The notes under the pieces: generated by a model
What the model was told of the DNA's origin: nothing
Databases searched by the model: none
What the model saw: only the letters and a program-made list of their open reading frames with translations
Made by a program: the position numbers and the translations under genes
From: Thecamonas trahens ATCC 50062
Taxonomy: Eukaryota > Protista > Apusomonadida
DNA length: 64,000 bases
Reading direction: 5' to 3'
Assembly (NCBI RefSeq): GCF_000142905.1
Contig: NW_013657679.1
Coordinates: 2,657 to 66,656 of the forward strand
In this document: positions 44,513 through 57,200 of the stretch, one piece after another
Position numbering within the stretch: position 1 is the stretch's first letter
How the letters are laid out: each line of letters opens with the position of its first letter

Positions 44513-47329
44513 ATGGACGAGATGCAGGGCATGGAGGGCTTTACCCTTGAGCAGACGCCCGGGGTAGTCGCTGCCTCGGTTTCGAGGGGTCGGCCGGCTA
44601 CGGCCATGGTTTACCCGCCGCGGGCTCGGTCTCTGGCGTCGCAGACGCCCGGCTCGGCCCGGCTGCGGTTGGCGAGTTCACGACCTTTTTCTGCGGCGGG
44701 ACACACACGGCGGGGGAGGAGCTCGCGGTCAACGACGTCAGCAGGCTCGCAGACCTCGAGCAGGCGGCGGACGCGTTCGCCGGCGCGGCCACGGACGCGT
44801 GGCGCTGCGGCCGACGAGCCGTTCTTCATCGTCGCCCTGGCAGAGAACACCAAGCGCGAGCTCGGCGTCGCCGCCCTGGACCTCCGCTCCGGCCGCGCGC
44901 TGCTGCATCAGTTCTCCGACTCGTACGCCTACATGTCGAGCCTGGCCAAGATGCAGCTGTACACTCCTCGCGAGGTACTGCTCTGTGACACCGTCTCGGA
45001 AGGCCTCGCCACCGCGCTCTCGGCCGGCCTGGCCCACTCGGACGCAGATGGTGGCCAGCCGGCCAAGCTCGTCAAAGTCGCGCGCAAGTACTTTTCCGAC
45101 ACCGCAGGTGTACTGACCATTACCGAGCTTGCCATCCCAAGCACCAAGGTGGTGGCCACCCGCGAGGCGACCAAGTACCTTGCCCTCGCCGCCTTTGCCG
45201 CGCTCATCAAGTACGCCGAGTTCATGCACTCGCTCCACTTTGCGCCGTCGTCGCTCGCCGTGCGCTTCGTGCCCGAGGATGGGACACTGGCCATGACCAG
45301 GTCGACGATGCTGGCTCTCGAGCTTGTGACTAACGCGCGGACGGCGTCGTCGTCGCGGGCGTCGCGGGCGGTGGCGTCAGCGGCGGCGGCGGCGTCCTCC
45401 AAGCCGCTCGCTACCCTCCTTGCGCTGGTCAACTACACCGTGACCAAGATGGGCTTCCGCCTCCTCCGGGCCAACATGCTTGCGCCGCCGAACGACGTGG
45501 ACACCATCGGAACTCGCTCCGACACCGTCGACCTCATCCTTGCCCACGAGCACATGGCCGGGGCGCTGCAGGCTTCGCTTCGCTCGCTCACAGCCTCGGG
45601 CTCGCTCGATCTTGACCATCTTGTCGGCGTCCTCGTTCTCTGTCAGAAGATGCAGGGCGCAGACAGCGCCCCCCCTCCGCCGTCGACGCTCCATGCACCG
45701 TCGCCCGGCACGGTCATCACCTCGCTCCTTGCGCTCCGCACGGTGCTTGACGGCCTGCCTCCGCTTGTGACCGCTCTGGCACCCGGTGAGGCGTCGCCGC
45801 TGCTGGCCGCCATCCGCACCAACGCCTCGTCGACGCCGCTCGCCAAGCTCCACGGCCATCTCCAGCGCATGCTCACGCCCGATGCATCGTACGTCCGGGC
45901 CCCTGCTGCCGCACGCATCCAGACGTGCTTTGCCATTGCCACCGGCATCGACGGCCTCCTCGACGTCTCCCGGACCATTTTCTCGGCCTCGCTCGACGAC
46001 ATCCAGGCCCACGTCACCGATCTCGTCGAGAGGCACCCACACCTGCCGTCGCTGAGGTTGGCGTGGACCAAGCGGCGATCGTTTCACCTCACACTAGCGG
46101 CCAAAGACGCACCATCGGGCCCGGACCTCCTTCCCGACGTCTTTATTTGCGTCTCGCGAGTCTCCAAGACCCGGTACATCATGACCACTGCGGTTTTGGA
46201 CCAGCTCGCGGCGCGCAATACCGAGTCGGAGCTCGAGATCTATCTCATGTCAACCAAGGTTGCCGAGGGCATGCTCGCCTACGTCCGCAGCGCCGCGGGC
46301 GCGCTGTACAAGCTCTCTGAGTCGCTCGCGCTTCTTGACATGCTCGTCTCGTTTGCGGCGTACGCCGCCGAAGCACCGGTTCACCACACCCGCCCACACC
46401 TTGCAGCCGACGGTCCGCTCGTTCTCCCGCACGCGCGGCATCCAATCCGCGAGCTCACATCGCCGACGCCATGGGTGGCCAACTCGGTGTTCTCCGACCA
46501 GATGGTCGCCTCCTTTGCACTCATCACCGGTCCCAACATGGCCGGCAAGTCCGCGTACCTCCGCACCACTGCGCTTTGCGCTGTCATGGCCCACATGGGC
46601 ATGCGCATCCCAGCGGGCGATGGCGCCGCGCTCCCGCTGCTCTCCGCGCTCCACACCCGGTTTGGAACAGAGGACTGCCTTGAGGCCAACGCGTCGGCTT
46701 TCACTGTCGAAATGCGCGAGATGGCACACATCCTGGAGCTTGCCACTCCGGCATCGCTTGTTCTTGTCGACGAGCTCGGCCGTGGAACATCGACCGCCGA
46801 CGGGCTCGGCATCGCACTGGCGGTGGCGGAGGCTCTGCTCGCCACCCGGGCGCACACGCTTTTTGTCACCCACTTTCGCCTCATGGCACTCCTGCCGCTG
46901 GTCAACCTCAACGCTCGCCTCCTCCTTGCGCTCCCACCGCCGCTCACAACCGGCGACGCGGCGCCGTCGAGCCCGTACGCCATGACTGCCCCGGCCGAGG
47001 CCGAGGTTGCGCCGGGCGCTCCGGCGCCGGCGACCTCACCTCCGCGCCGGTACGGCCTGGCGCTTGCCGCCGCGGCCGGGCTCCCACCGCCCCTTCTCGA
47101 CGCGGCAGCTTCACTTGCCGACGCGCTGGAGGGCATGCGGCTGGCATCGCTCCTCCGCTCGCAACGGACCGAGGCGCTGACGGCGTGTGCGCATCGACGC
47201 GCCCGCGCTGCGCGCTACCACCTTCGCGCGCTGAGCATGGTGCTTGCGCCGGGCTCGGCGCTTGCGCTGCCGGCGCGGCGCAGCTTTGTGACCGCCACCC
47301 AGGCAGCGCTCGCAGAGCTCCGCACATGA
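44513..47329 (+). CDS. MSH4: MutS homolog 4 (meiotic MutS-gamma subunit)
   Basis: No mismatch-binding domain I. The conserved part begins IVALAENTKRELGVAALDL..HQFSDS, as in MSH4. Also CFAIATGIDGLLDVSR, Walker A ITGPNMAGKS, NASAFTVEMREMA, LVDELGRGTS and LFVTHF. Confidence 0.88.
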   Translation: MDEMQGMEGFTLEQTPGVVAASVSRGRPATAMVYPPRARSLASQTPGSARLRLASSRPFSAAGHTRRGRSSRSTTSAGSQTSSRRRTRSPARPRTRGAAADEPFFIVALAENTKRELGVAALDLRSGRALLHQFSDSYAYMSSLAKMQLYTPREVLLCDTVSEGLATALSAGLAHSDADGGQPAKLVKVARKYFSDTAGVLTITELAIPSTKVVATREATKYLALAAFAALIKYAEFMHSLHFAPSSLAVRFVPEDGTLAMTRSTMLALELVTNARTASSSRASRAVASAAAAASSKPLATLLALVNYTVTKMGFRLLRANMLAPPNDVDTIGTRSDTVDLILAHEHMAGALQASLRSLTASGSLDLDHLVGVLVLCQKMQGADSAPPPPSTLHAPSPGTVITSLLALRTVLDGLPPLVTALAPGEASPLLAAIRTNASSTPLAKLHGHLQRMLTPDASYVRAPAAARIQTCFAIATGIDGLLDVSRTIFSASLDDIQAHVTDLVERHPHLPSLRLAWTKRRSFHLTLAAKDAPSGPDLLPDVFICVSRVSKTRYIMTTAVLDQLAARNTESELEIYLMSTKVAEGMLAYVRSAAGALYKLSESLALLDMLVSFAAYAAEAPVHHTRPHLAADGPLVLPHARHPIRELTSPTPWVANSVFSDQMVASFALITGPNMAGKSAYLRTTALCAVMAHMGMRIPAGDGAALPLLSALHTRFGTEDCLEANASAFTVEMREMAHILELATPASLVLVDELGRGTSTADGLGIALAVAEALLATRAHTLFVTHFRLMALLPLVNLNARLLLALPPPLTTGDAAPSSPYAMTAPAEAEVAPGAPAPATSPPRRYGLALAAAAGLPPPLLDAAASLADALEGMRLASLLRSQRTEALTACAHRRARAARYHLRALSMVLAPGSALALPARRSFVTATQAALAELRT

Positions 47330-47381
47330 CGGCGCACGCCGAGCTCCACACAGGCGAGGGACATAAACTGCACGCATTGCT

Positions 47382-50300
47382 TCAATTAACTTGCCGCTGG
47401 TGCGAGCGGATGGCGTGCTGGATGTCTACGGTGCCCTTCTCGCGGGCGACGGCGACAATGCCGCTCGGCAGCGGCTTGCTTCGGAGCTTGTACTCGGTGA
47501 GCATGCGATCGACGAGGCTGAGCTCACCGCGGATGACGGCATAGGTGAGAGGAGACCAGGCGTGGATCGCAGTGTCAGCACTCTCGTCGACGTCGACGAG
47601 GATCGGCTCCTCGAGGCCGCACGCCAGCTGGGCCGGGGTGAGGCCGGCCAGAAGCGACGGTGGGGGTCCGGCGTCGCTCCGCGAGGCGACTGACGACGAG
47701 GCCGACGAGGCTGCGGCGCTCCCACTCAAGCCTCCACCCGCTCCGCCACCAATGACGTCAAGCGAGGCCATGTTGAGCAAGAGCAAGTCGACCATGCGCT
47801 CGCAGCCGACGTGAACAGCCCGCTGGAGCGGCGTCAAACCACCGAGGCGGGCATTGACAAGCGCCTGCACAAACGATGGCCCGGCGGCACTTGAGGCGTC
47901 GACGGCGGCCGAGAGCGTTCCGGACGACGGCGACTTGCGGAGGAGGCTTGCGGCAGCGCGCTTGGCCTCCCGACGAGCCTTGATCGACGAAGCGCTGCGC
48001 GGGTCATGGCTGGCGCCGCCGGCCTCGAGTGAGAGATACCCGGTGGCGGCCATGCCCATCTGGGCGGCAGCGGCAGCCATCTTGTAGCGATGCTCGGCCT
48101 CGCCGACGGCCTGGACCTCGTCAAGGAGGAAAAGCCCGGTCTCGTAGTCGTCGAGCTGGACGACCACATGGAGGAGCCGGACAATGTCGGGCCACATGAG
48201 GGCGAGGACGGAGGAGAACGGGCGGTCGCTCGCTGCGCTGGCGTCGTCGTAGTCGAGCTGCCGCGGGCGGAGCGGAATGCGAAACAGTGCCGAACCGCCC
48301 TTGAGAACGAGGAGGATGGGGATCTGGCGGGTGAGCTCGGCCCATCCGGCAACGCCCATGCCGAGGCCAGGGCGGAGCTCGATGGAGAGCGAGCCGGACC
48401 GGAGCTTGGAGAGCCGCAGCAAGGTGTTGACAGAGACGTTGGAGAGCGGGCAGTCGAGGCGGAGTCTGCGGAGCTGCGGAAGCGAGGCGAGGAGAGACTC
48501 GAGCGAGGCATCGGTGAGCGCGAGCTGGACCGAGTCCTCGTCCTCGTCGTCATTGACCGAGTCGTAGCGGATGACGAGATACTCGAGAAAGCCGAGGAGG
48601 CGGATGGCGCGGAGGAAGCGGTCCTGGCGCTCCAGCGGCGCGAGCGAGGCCCAATTGACGTGCATGAGAAAAGCGTGCAGTGCCGAGCCGGGCTCAACAA
48701 CTCGATCGGCGGCACCTGCTCGAAGCCACACACCGTGCCTGCGGAGCTCGCGCGAGACGCCGCGGTACTCGTCGCGCCGCGCGTCGCGCAGCCGCTGAAG
48801 CTGCAGCTCCTCTGCCGGGCGTGGAAGCGCCTTGCGTGATGCAATGGTGGTGAGGACCGAGTTGGGCTCGGGCGAGAACTCGGCGGCGAGCATGTAAGTG
48901 GCGGCGACAACTGGGAGGATGTGTGAGAGGACCTCAAAGGCTGTGGTGGGCAGGTTGGCCTGCGCCTTGGCGCGGAGCAGCGACTGGACCCGCAACAGGC
49001 GCTCGTAGACGCGCACCGGGGCACCGGGCACAAAGGCGAGCGGGAGGCCCATGGCCTCCATCTCATGCGGGGTGAAGACCGCTGCTTCCGCCGCGGCAGT
49101 GTACACGTTGTTCTTCATCCGGAGTCGGGCGAGCCAAGAGAGTAGGATGCGCTCTGGATAGAGGGCAAGGAGCCTGTCGACGACGCTGTCCGGGAGCGGG
49201 GTGTGCATGTTGGGCATGCAGAAGAGAATGTTGGCGAGAGCAACAAAGGCGGTCTCGGTCTCGACGTCGTTCACGATGGGGTCCGAGAACGCAATGCCGG
49301 TCTCATACGAGAGACAGGGGACGAGATCAAAGCGGCCGGGCGCGGTCTGAGAGGGAACGAGGATGTACGAGGTGCCTGTGGCCGAGAGGTCGCCAATCAT
49401 GGCCATGAGAGCAGCCATGGCAAACGAGACCGGGGTGATGCAGGCAAAGGTGGCGGCGCGATCGTCCGGCCGAGCAAACATTGCACCGTGGAGGAGCTGC
49501 TCCAGATACATGGCGCCGCGCGGAAGCGGGGCAAACAGGAGTGGGGCGGCGAGACCACGGGTGTGGAGCTTGAACAGCAGCGCAGGCGGCGGGCCGTGGC
49601 CGGCACCGAAATTAGCTCTTGGAGCAGGGCAAGCGCGTAGAGCTCGGATGGGCCGACCGGGAGCGGGACGGCCTGTAGGCCCATGAGAGTGACCGGGTGG
49701 AGGCGAGCCGGCAGTGACTCGGACGGCGAGTCCGGCTCAGTGGCATCGACCGCTGGCTCGGCCTTGACCAGCCGGGCCCGCGACGAGGTGCGGAGGGCGC
49801 GGACGTAGTGGACCGCGAGCAGGCGCGGGAAGAAGCGCGGCGGGGCGAGCTCTTGCGAGTAGAGGATCGGGCGCGACCAGGTGACGGCCGGAGCCTCGCC
49901 GGTGGCGCTCGAGGCCGAGGCCAGCAGCGAGGCCGCAAGGCCTTGCATGGAGAGGGCGTCAAAGGCCATGTCAAAGACAAACTCGTAGTAGGTCTCGACA
50001 ATGATCTGCAGCAAGATCGAGACTTCCGAGGCAAGAGCCGAGAAGGCGTCGGCCATTGTGTCGTCGTCGGTCTCGGCGAACGAGGCCTCACCGGCTCCCG
50101 AGAGCATGGCCTTGGTGTCGATTAGCTCGAGAATGGTTTCCTCGAGTTTGTATTGGCCGCGCGACTTGCGACCCGGGGTGGGCGACGGGAGCGACGAAAG
50201 CTCACCTGAATCGTCGAGGCCCGCACTTGGCGAGGAGGCGGCAGCATGCGATGCGCCACCGGACCTGCTCCGCCGACCGCCGCGCTTGCCAGAAAAGAGG

Positions 50301-52495
50301 CGGGCGAGGAGGGTGGGCGAGGAGCCCGAGCGCGGCGAGGCAGCGAGTGATGAATCATCGCGGTGGGCGGGAAGAGTGGCGGCGACAAGGGTTAGCGACT
50401 GCGGAGCCGACCGTGAGGCTTTGTACTGGCGCTGGGCAAGAACGAGCGGCTCCTCGAGAACGTTGAGTGTGTTGGAGACGTGGGCGAGGACGTGGATGAC
50501 CTTTTCGGAGAGCTGGCTCGTCGAGTCGCGGATAAAGGCGGTGAGCATGTCCATGATGGTATCCGCGGCCTCGGAGACCGGAAGCAGCTCGGCGGAGACA
50601 AGGCGCGAGTAGATGACCGGTGTGTCATCACAGAGAAAGACCTGGCGCCCGTCGGACGAGGCGAGGCCAGAATCGGCTACCTGGTCCGCGACCGCGTCGG
50701 GCGAGAACGGCAGACCGGTCGGCGCTTGGCGAAAGACAAACTTGATGTGGAGGATAGCGGCGTAGTAGGCGAGAGCCGAGGCAAGGAGTGGTGGGCGCAG
50801 GACATCGAGGACAAGCTCGCCAACAGCATGGGCCGCAAGCTCGGCAAGCGTGACCATAACGGCGTCGACGAGGGCGGAGAGATCTGCGACGGCAGAGCTG
50901 CGGGCGTCGGCCTCGGACTCGGGCGAGAGCTCAGCGGCCTCGGCGAGGCCGTGGAAGAGGTCGTCGAGGCCCGGCGCGACGGCAAGCGGGCCATAGAGCA
51001 TGGAGTCGATGCGCTTGATGGGCGCGAGGAGCGCGGTTGATCCAAACCGGGTCTGGACCCGGACCAGAAGAGCATCGAGAGTGGTGCGCGAAGGCAGGGC
51101 GACGTCAAAGTCGGGCGGAAGGACAGAGAGCGCGCGGGCGAGGCCGAGGACCGAATTGGCGTGCTTGGAGAGTGCGGCGAGGGTGTCGAGCTGCGCGGCG
51201 TGCTCGTTGGAGCGCTGGATGTCTGCCAGCGACGTGGCGCGGAGCTCGTCGAGTGTGGCGAGCGGAATGTGAGTGAGAATAGTGTGGGCGCAGGCGAGGA
51301 TGGGCAGCGGATCCGCGTAGATGAGTCTGTTCGAGGCCGGCGGGCGGAGGCCGAGCGCCGTGCCCTCAGCAAGCACAACATCAGCGTTGAGCTGGAGGGT
51401 GGCGACAGCAGTGGCAACGAGGAAGAGCGACGAGGCGCAGAAAAAGAGCGAGTCAAGAATGAGGAGGACAGATTGCGGGGTAAAGGTATTGATGAAGAGC
51501 GAGAGGAACCACGAGGAGGCCACAATGTGGACCTCCTCCTTGGGCAGGCAGCGGGCGAGCTCGGGCGCCTCGCGAGCAAGCATAGCGCGAAGGACTCGGA
51601 TGTCAACTAGCGCGCCAAGGAGGGTTGGCGCAAAGTAGTTGACGAGAATGCCCTCAAAGATGGCAACAGCCTCCCAGAAGACTAGCTCCTCGTCGTCCGG
51701 GGTGACAAGAAGGAGGAGACCGACGACAAAGTTCATGCCCTGGCAGTATGCGTGGTCCGGATGGTGGGCGGCGTAGGCGAGGAGGACATTGGAGAGCGAG
51801 TGCCTCAGCTGGCCGCCGTCGCGAAACTGCGCATGGTTTGGAAAGGTGCGTGGCAAGTCCTTTCCGATCTGGGCAACCACCGCCTCGGGCACATCAGCCA
51901 CCGTCCGTGGCACCGGCGGCAGCATGTCTCCAGACTGACGAAAGCGGCCACGATCCGACTCTGCGGCCTCGGCCTCGAGCGCCAGGAGCGAGGTGTGCGA
52001 CTCTGAGCGATGCGACGAGGCCACAGACGAGTTCAACTCGTCCGCTTGCCCACTCATCGGATGAGCGGAAGAGCTGGCCACCGATGACTGGTTCCTCAGT
52101 GAAGAATAATCCTGTCCAAGCGAGGGCACCCTTCCTCCAGCCAATGGCGCGATGAGGGCAGCATAGTAGCCTGGCCTCGCCTGGGCTCTCAGCGAGTGGG
52201 CTCTCAGCAGATGAGCCCACATTGCCGATCGTGACGAGTGTGGCAGGCCAGTTGCCATGCGGGGAGTCAGATAAGGATGAAGCGGGGCTGAGGGCATGAG
52301 ATAGGCTAGAGATGGAGTGCTGACATGGCTTGGAAGACGCGCCCATGTTGCCTCCCTCTCAGCCTCGTTCTTGGCCACAGCCGCCGCATACTCTGCGTAG
52401 GCAGCCGACTCGCTCGAGTGTTCAAAGCCAAGAGAATCTCTCACAATACCCCGTCCACTCTCGCCCGCACTGCTGCGTGTAGGTGGGGTGGTCAT
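47382..52495 (-). CDS. Large TBC (Rab-GAP) protein with a degenerate kinase-like region, LRR-like segment and C-terminal ankyrin repeats (frameshift at ~49590)
   Basis: RDSLGF, QIGKDLPRTFP (Arg finger) and YCQGMNFV (Gln finger). The downstream ORF has LTDASLESLLASLPQLRRLRL (LRR-like) and TPLQRAVHVG / SPLTYAVIRGELSLV (ankyrin). The overlapping ORFs join by a 1-nt correction. Confidence 0.75.
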
Positions 52496-52507
52496 TGTGG
52501 GAGTGGG

Positions 52508-52550
52508 GTGGTGGCGGTGGTGGTGGTGGTGGTGGTGGTGGTGGTGGTGG
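52508..52550. repeat. (GGT)n trinucleotide repeat upstream of the TBC gene
   Basis: Direct reading of the sequence. Confidence 0.9.
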
Positions 52551-52646
52551 CTGCGTGTTAGGAACGTGGCGGGCGGCGGCGGTTGGAGCGGAAATAGTTG
52601 CAGGCGCGCGGGCGCGGGGGGTGGGGATGTCGCTGATCGGGAGCGA

Positions 52647-53733
52647 TTAGAGGTGTTCGATGGTAGGCGTGGAGTCGTTTGATGAAGATATGAACGTGGC
52701 GGGGTTGGGGGAGTTGGGGGTGGGTGGGTGGTGGTGGTGTGAGCGCGGATATTTGACTACGGAGCAGGCGATGAGGGAAGCGGGACCAGCGGTGGCGATG
52801 GCGCGACAGGGACATAGTGCCGCATAGGCGATGGTGCCCAGAGCGGATACCGCGGTGTTGTCGGCGAGTTGACAAACGGCGACGGCGCGGGCGTGGCAAG
52901 TGGTGGTGGCGTTGCCCCACGCTGCGGCGATCGGAACCGCGACGGCGACCCAAACGACGGCAGTGCCGCCCGCCGTGCAGCGAGCGCACTGCACTCTGCC
53001 GCAGGTTCCACTCGCGCCCGCGCGAGACCGGCTCGGCAAACACATCCAGCGGTAGATCGCCGTTGACCCGTAGCGCCGCGCCCGATGCGCGGCACGCTGC
53101 AACAACGGCAGGCGCCACCGGCGAGCCCACACTAAGCCCATATGCCGACGGTGAGAACACGCCGACACCCGGCGAGCCGGCAGCCACGCTTGCCGGATCC
53201 CGCACCGGCCCGCTCGCAGTCAGCAGCACCATCCGCACCAGCCGGACCGGCGGCAGCGCCGCCCGGAAGCTCGCATCCGCCAGCCACGCCGCGATCTCCA
53301 GCGCACGCTCGGAACTCGACACCACTGCCACCACCATCCGGCCCTGTCCGACTAGCCCATCCACAAGCACCCGAAACTCGTCGCCAGATCCCATCCAGCT
53401 CTCCACCCGCCCACACGTCTTCTGCTCGACCACCACCGGCGGCGCGCCTGCCGCACCAACAGCCATCAACCCCTCACCAGCCCCATCCCCACCCGCTAGC
53501 GCCCCATCCCCCTCATCTCTACCCCCAGCCTCGATGGAAACAGCTGATCCTGCGTCAACTGCAGCCTTGGTCTCGGTCGCGTCAGTAGTCTCCGTCCCCG
53601 TCACCGTCGCCACCTCCAGCCACGACCATCCCAACCACCAAGCAGCGAGCCCACCAGCCGAGCCCGCCTCTGGTCGAGGAAGACAGAGCGCAGAGAGTAT
53701 ATACGGCGGAGGATGAGGAAGTGTATCAGCCAT
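52647..53733 (-). CDS. Hypothetical protein with Cys-rich C-terminal part (probable frameshift at ~53020)
   Basis: The ORF from ATG 53733 looks protein-like up to DLPLDVFAEPV. An overlapping frame continues TCGRVQCARC..TCHAR..CQ..LCPC..C. No family recognised. Confidence 0.4.
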
Positions 53734-54267
53734 GAGCACTCAAGCAATGTGGTGAGTCGAGTCGCCGTCGCCGTGAGTGAGCAACTGGCGCTGCCGCGGC
53801 TGCCGGTAGCCAGCCGCTGTCACTTTGCGCGCGCGCTTTGTCACTTTACCAAATCGGGCGGAGCACGACAGAAATCGCAGCTAACCATCAATGATGCCAG
53901 ACTCTCGATGTCACCCACCATCACCCTACATCACCCATTCACAATCCCGTTCCTGATCCTCACGCCAACATAGACCACCTCCCTTTCTCTCGTACGCCGT
54001 TCCTCTCTCTCTCTCTATCTATCTATATATCTCCCCCCTCTCTTTCTCTCCTGTCCCCCATCTTTGCTACACCCCACACCCCACACACGTTCGATTTTTT
54101 TTCCCCGGAATAGCTGCTTCCGTGTGGGTTCGAAGGTGCCACCATCACCACCTCTGCCGCCACCTCTGCGCAGTTCCACACACACACCACGCCCCCCCCC
54201 CCCCCCCCCCCCCGCGCCCACCACCCGTAACCCATTGACCTTGGGCGTACTCTATTCTTGGCGTGTC

Positions 54268-57200
54268 ATGTCTGCCTCTCTCACTCCACGCTCGCGGACC
54301 ATGGTGGGCCAAGTTCGGTTCTGTCGCCTCCTCCACCTTTCCGCAGCCCTCATCATCGTCATCACACTGGTCGCGCTCCTCGCTCAACGCGCGGACGCCG
54401 CGCTTGACATGACAGCCTTTCCGGCGTACTACAACACCTTTACTGCGTCTGGCATTTCGCTTCCTGCGGGTAACTTTACCATCGAGTTCTGGTACAAAGC
54501 GTACGACAAGGGCGCGGCGCAGCATCTCGTCTCGTACTGTCGCTCCAACAACAACAACATGTTGTTGTGGGGGATCACAGGCTTCAATCGGTGCATTTTC
54601 GCCATGGGCGGGTTGTCGTTTACTCCATACGCATGTCCTGCCGACGGCTCCTGGCACCATGTGGCCATAGTCTTCCGCGCTACACCATTGCCGAAAGCGG
54701 AGATGTGGATCGATACTGTGGCTGTGGCCGGCCCAGGGGATGTGCCATCGTTCTCGGCAGACTCGCTCAAGTTTGTCTTTGGTAACGATCAGGACCTCTC
54801 GACGTGTGTGACCAATAACCAGAACCAGGCCGCATCTGCTGTCATGGACGAGTACCGCGTTTGGTCGGTCGCCATGAATGCCACCGCCATCGCCGCCGCC
54901 GCCGCCGGGCCCACGCCTGCGCCGACGCCCAATCTCGTCACCTACTACGCGTTTGAGCCCGGTGACATCTCCGGCTCAACGCTCACGCCCACTGCCGGCC
55001 TGGGTCCTTCCATGGGCGCTGGCTCGGTGCCGCCAGTCCAGGCCCCGGTGAGCCCGTTTGTCACCGCCGCCCCGGCTCCTGCGCAGAGCCACCTCCCACC
55101 GGTCCTCGCACCCTCGGTGGTGCCGACCACAGGAGCTGGAAACATCCACGGGTGCTCGCTTAGGGATCTTGACGGTGACGGCCGAATCGACGTCATGTAT
55201 GCGTTGTGGGGCATGACCGCGGCTACTTCGGTGTCGTATGTGCTCGGCGACGGGAACATGGCGTTCTCGCCTCCCGTAGCTGTCTCGTCCGCCGACCGCA
55301 TCACCTCGCTTGCGCTCGCCGACCTGACCGGTGACGGCGTGCTCGATCTTCTCGTCGCTAATGATGGCGACGGCCACGCCAACGTTTACATCGGCACAAG
55401 CTCACCGGGGAACATGTCCTTTGCGCTCGCGCCGTACTTTCTCGGCACTGGCTCGGCCACGGGCACCTCGGTCTCGATCATTGCCACTGTGCCAGATCTT
55501 GACGCTGATGCCGTTGCTGACGCTATCTACATCAGCTCCGACCTGCAGACCATTGGCTGGGTCTCGTTTGCCTCGGGCTCGCCTACTCCTACCAGCATTG
55601 TCACGGTTTCTTCGACGGAGAGCCTCTACTTTGGTTCGTCCAGCGCCAACTACGCCACCGACCGACAGGTCATGCTCGATCTCAACAATGACGGCCTCCT
55701 AGACCTGCTCTACATCCACTCGAGCAGTAACTGGTGGCGGCTTTCTGCAGTGCTGCGGTTGGCCGGCCCTGGCGTCAACTTTGATACCGGTTCTCCCCTT
55801 GTGATTGTTCCTGGTGCTGTCCGATTCTGGCTTGGAGATCTCGACGGTGATGGCGCTACTGACATTTTTACCATCTTTCAGCAAATATGGGACATTTGGA
55901 CGGTCAACGGCGACTCGACGGTCAGCTATTTCACCTCGATCGACCAGGGTAGCACTGACGCCGTTGAGAACATCGCCATTCTCGACGTGGACGGCAACGG
56001 TCTTTTGGACGTCGCGTTTGGAACTCGCGTCTTAGGCTCGGCACTCCGTCTTGCCCTCCAAGTCACGCCCCTCGCTTTTGCTCCCGGCGACGTCTACGGC
56101 ACCATGTTTGCTGCCCAAACCAAGTGCCTGGTCTCTGGCGTCTTTCAGGACGATGGCGTGCCACAGCTCCTGTTCGGCGCCGCAAACACCGGTGGGTTGC
56201 CTGCCATCGGCGAGATGGCGATGTGGCGGACCGGTCCTGTCCCGCAGCACGTGGCTGCGCCAGTAATCGCTTCGACCGCCTCGAGCTGGTGCGCTTCGGG
56301 CACGCTACCAGAGACTCTGGTGGCGGACCTCACCCACGACTCACACCTCGACGTCTTGCTAGTTTGCCACGCCGACGCCTCAACGATCCTTGTCGCGGCC
56401 AACGGTTTTGGCGCGTTCCTCCCGGCACTTGTCCGCACGTCACCGCCGTCGGCCGCTGCACTCGCAGCCGCAGGAATCGCCGACGTCAATGCAGACGGCT
56501 TTCTCGACGTGATCACCGCATCAGTCGACGGCACTATTGCCGTCTCGCCCCACGTCGACGTACTTGGCGGCTCCCCGCTCCCTGCACCGCACACGGTCGA
56601 CGTCAGCGGTCTCGCCGGTAGTCTCGTGGCAATGGTGCTAGTTGACGCCAATGGCGACGGCGACGTTGACGTCATTGTCGGGGGGTCATCAGGGCTTGTA
56701 CTTGTTCCGTCGGCTGGTGACGCGCCGGCAGGCCCACTCCTTCCCCCACTTGTGCTCTCTCTGAGCACGGTCGGCGTTCGCTTGCTTGTCGTCGGCGACT
56801 TGCGCGGAGTCGGTGTCTCAGTTGACCTCGTGTGGATCGACAGCACGGCCAACACGCTCCGTGTGGCGACACTGGACCCTGCACCGGCTTCGGCAGACGC
56901 GGTGTACCTCGCGTCGCCTGCCATCCCATTGCCGAGCGATGCAGCTGCCATTGCGTGTGGCGCACTGGACAGCAACGCTATCGACGACATTGTGATTGCA
57001 GTCACATCTGGCGATATTGTGGCTGTCTATGATGGTGGCACCGGGCCAACGTCCACTCTCTTCGCGGGCTGGGGAGACGTTGTTGACCTCACCGTTGTTA
57101 GCACAGCATCTGGCAGCGGCCACGTCCTGCTCGCGTCCGCGAACTCCACTGCGTGGCTCACGGCGTGGCCGACCTACCTCCGCTACCCAGTGCCTGCTGT

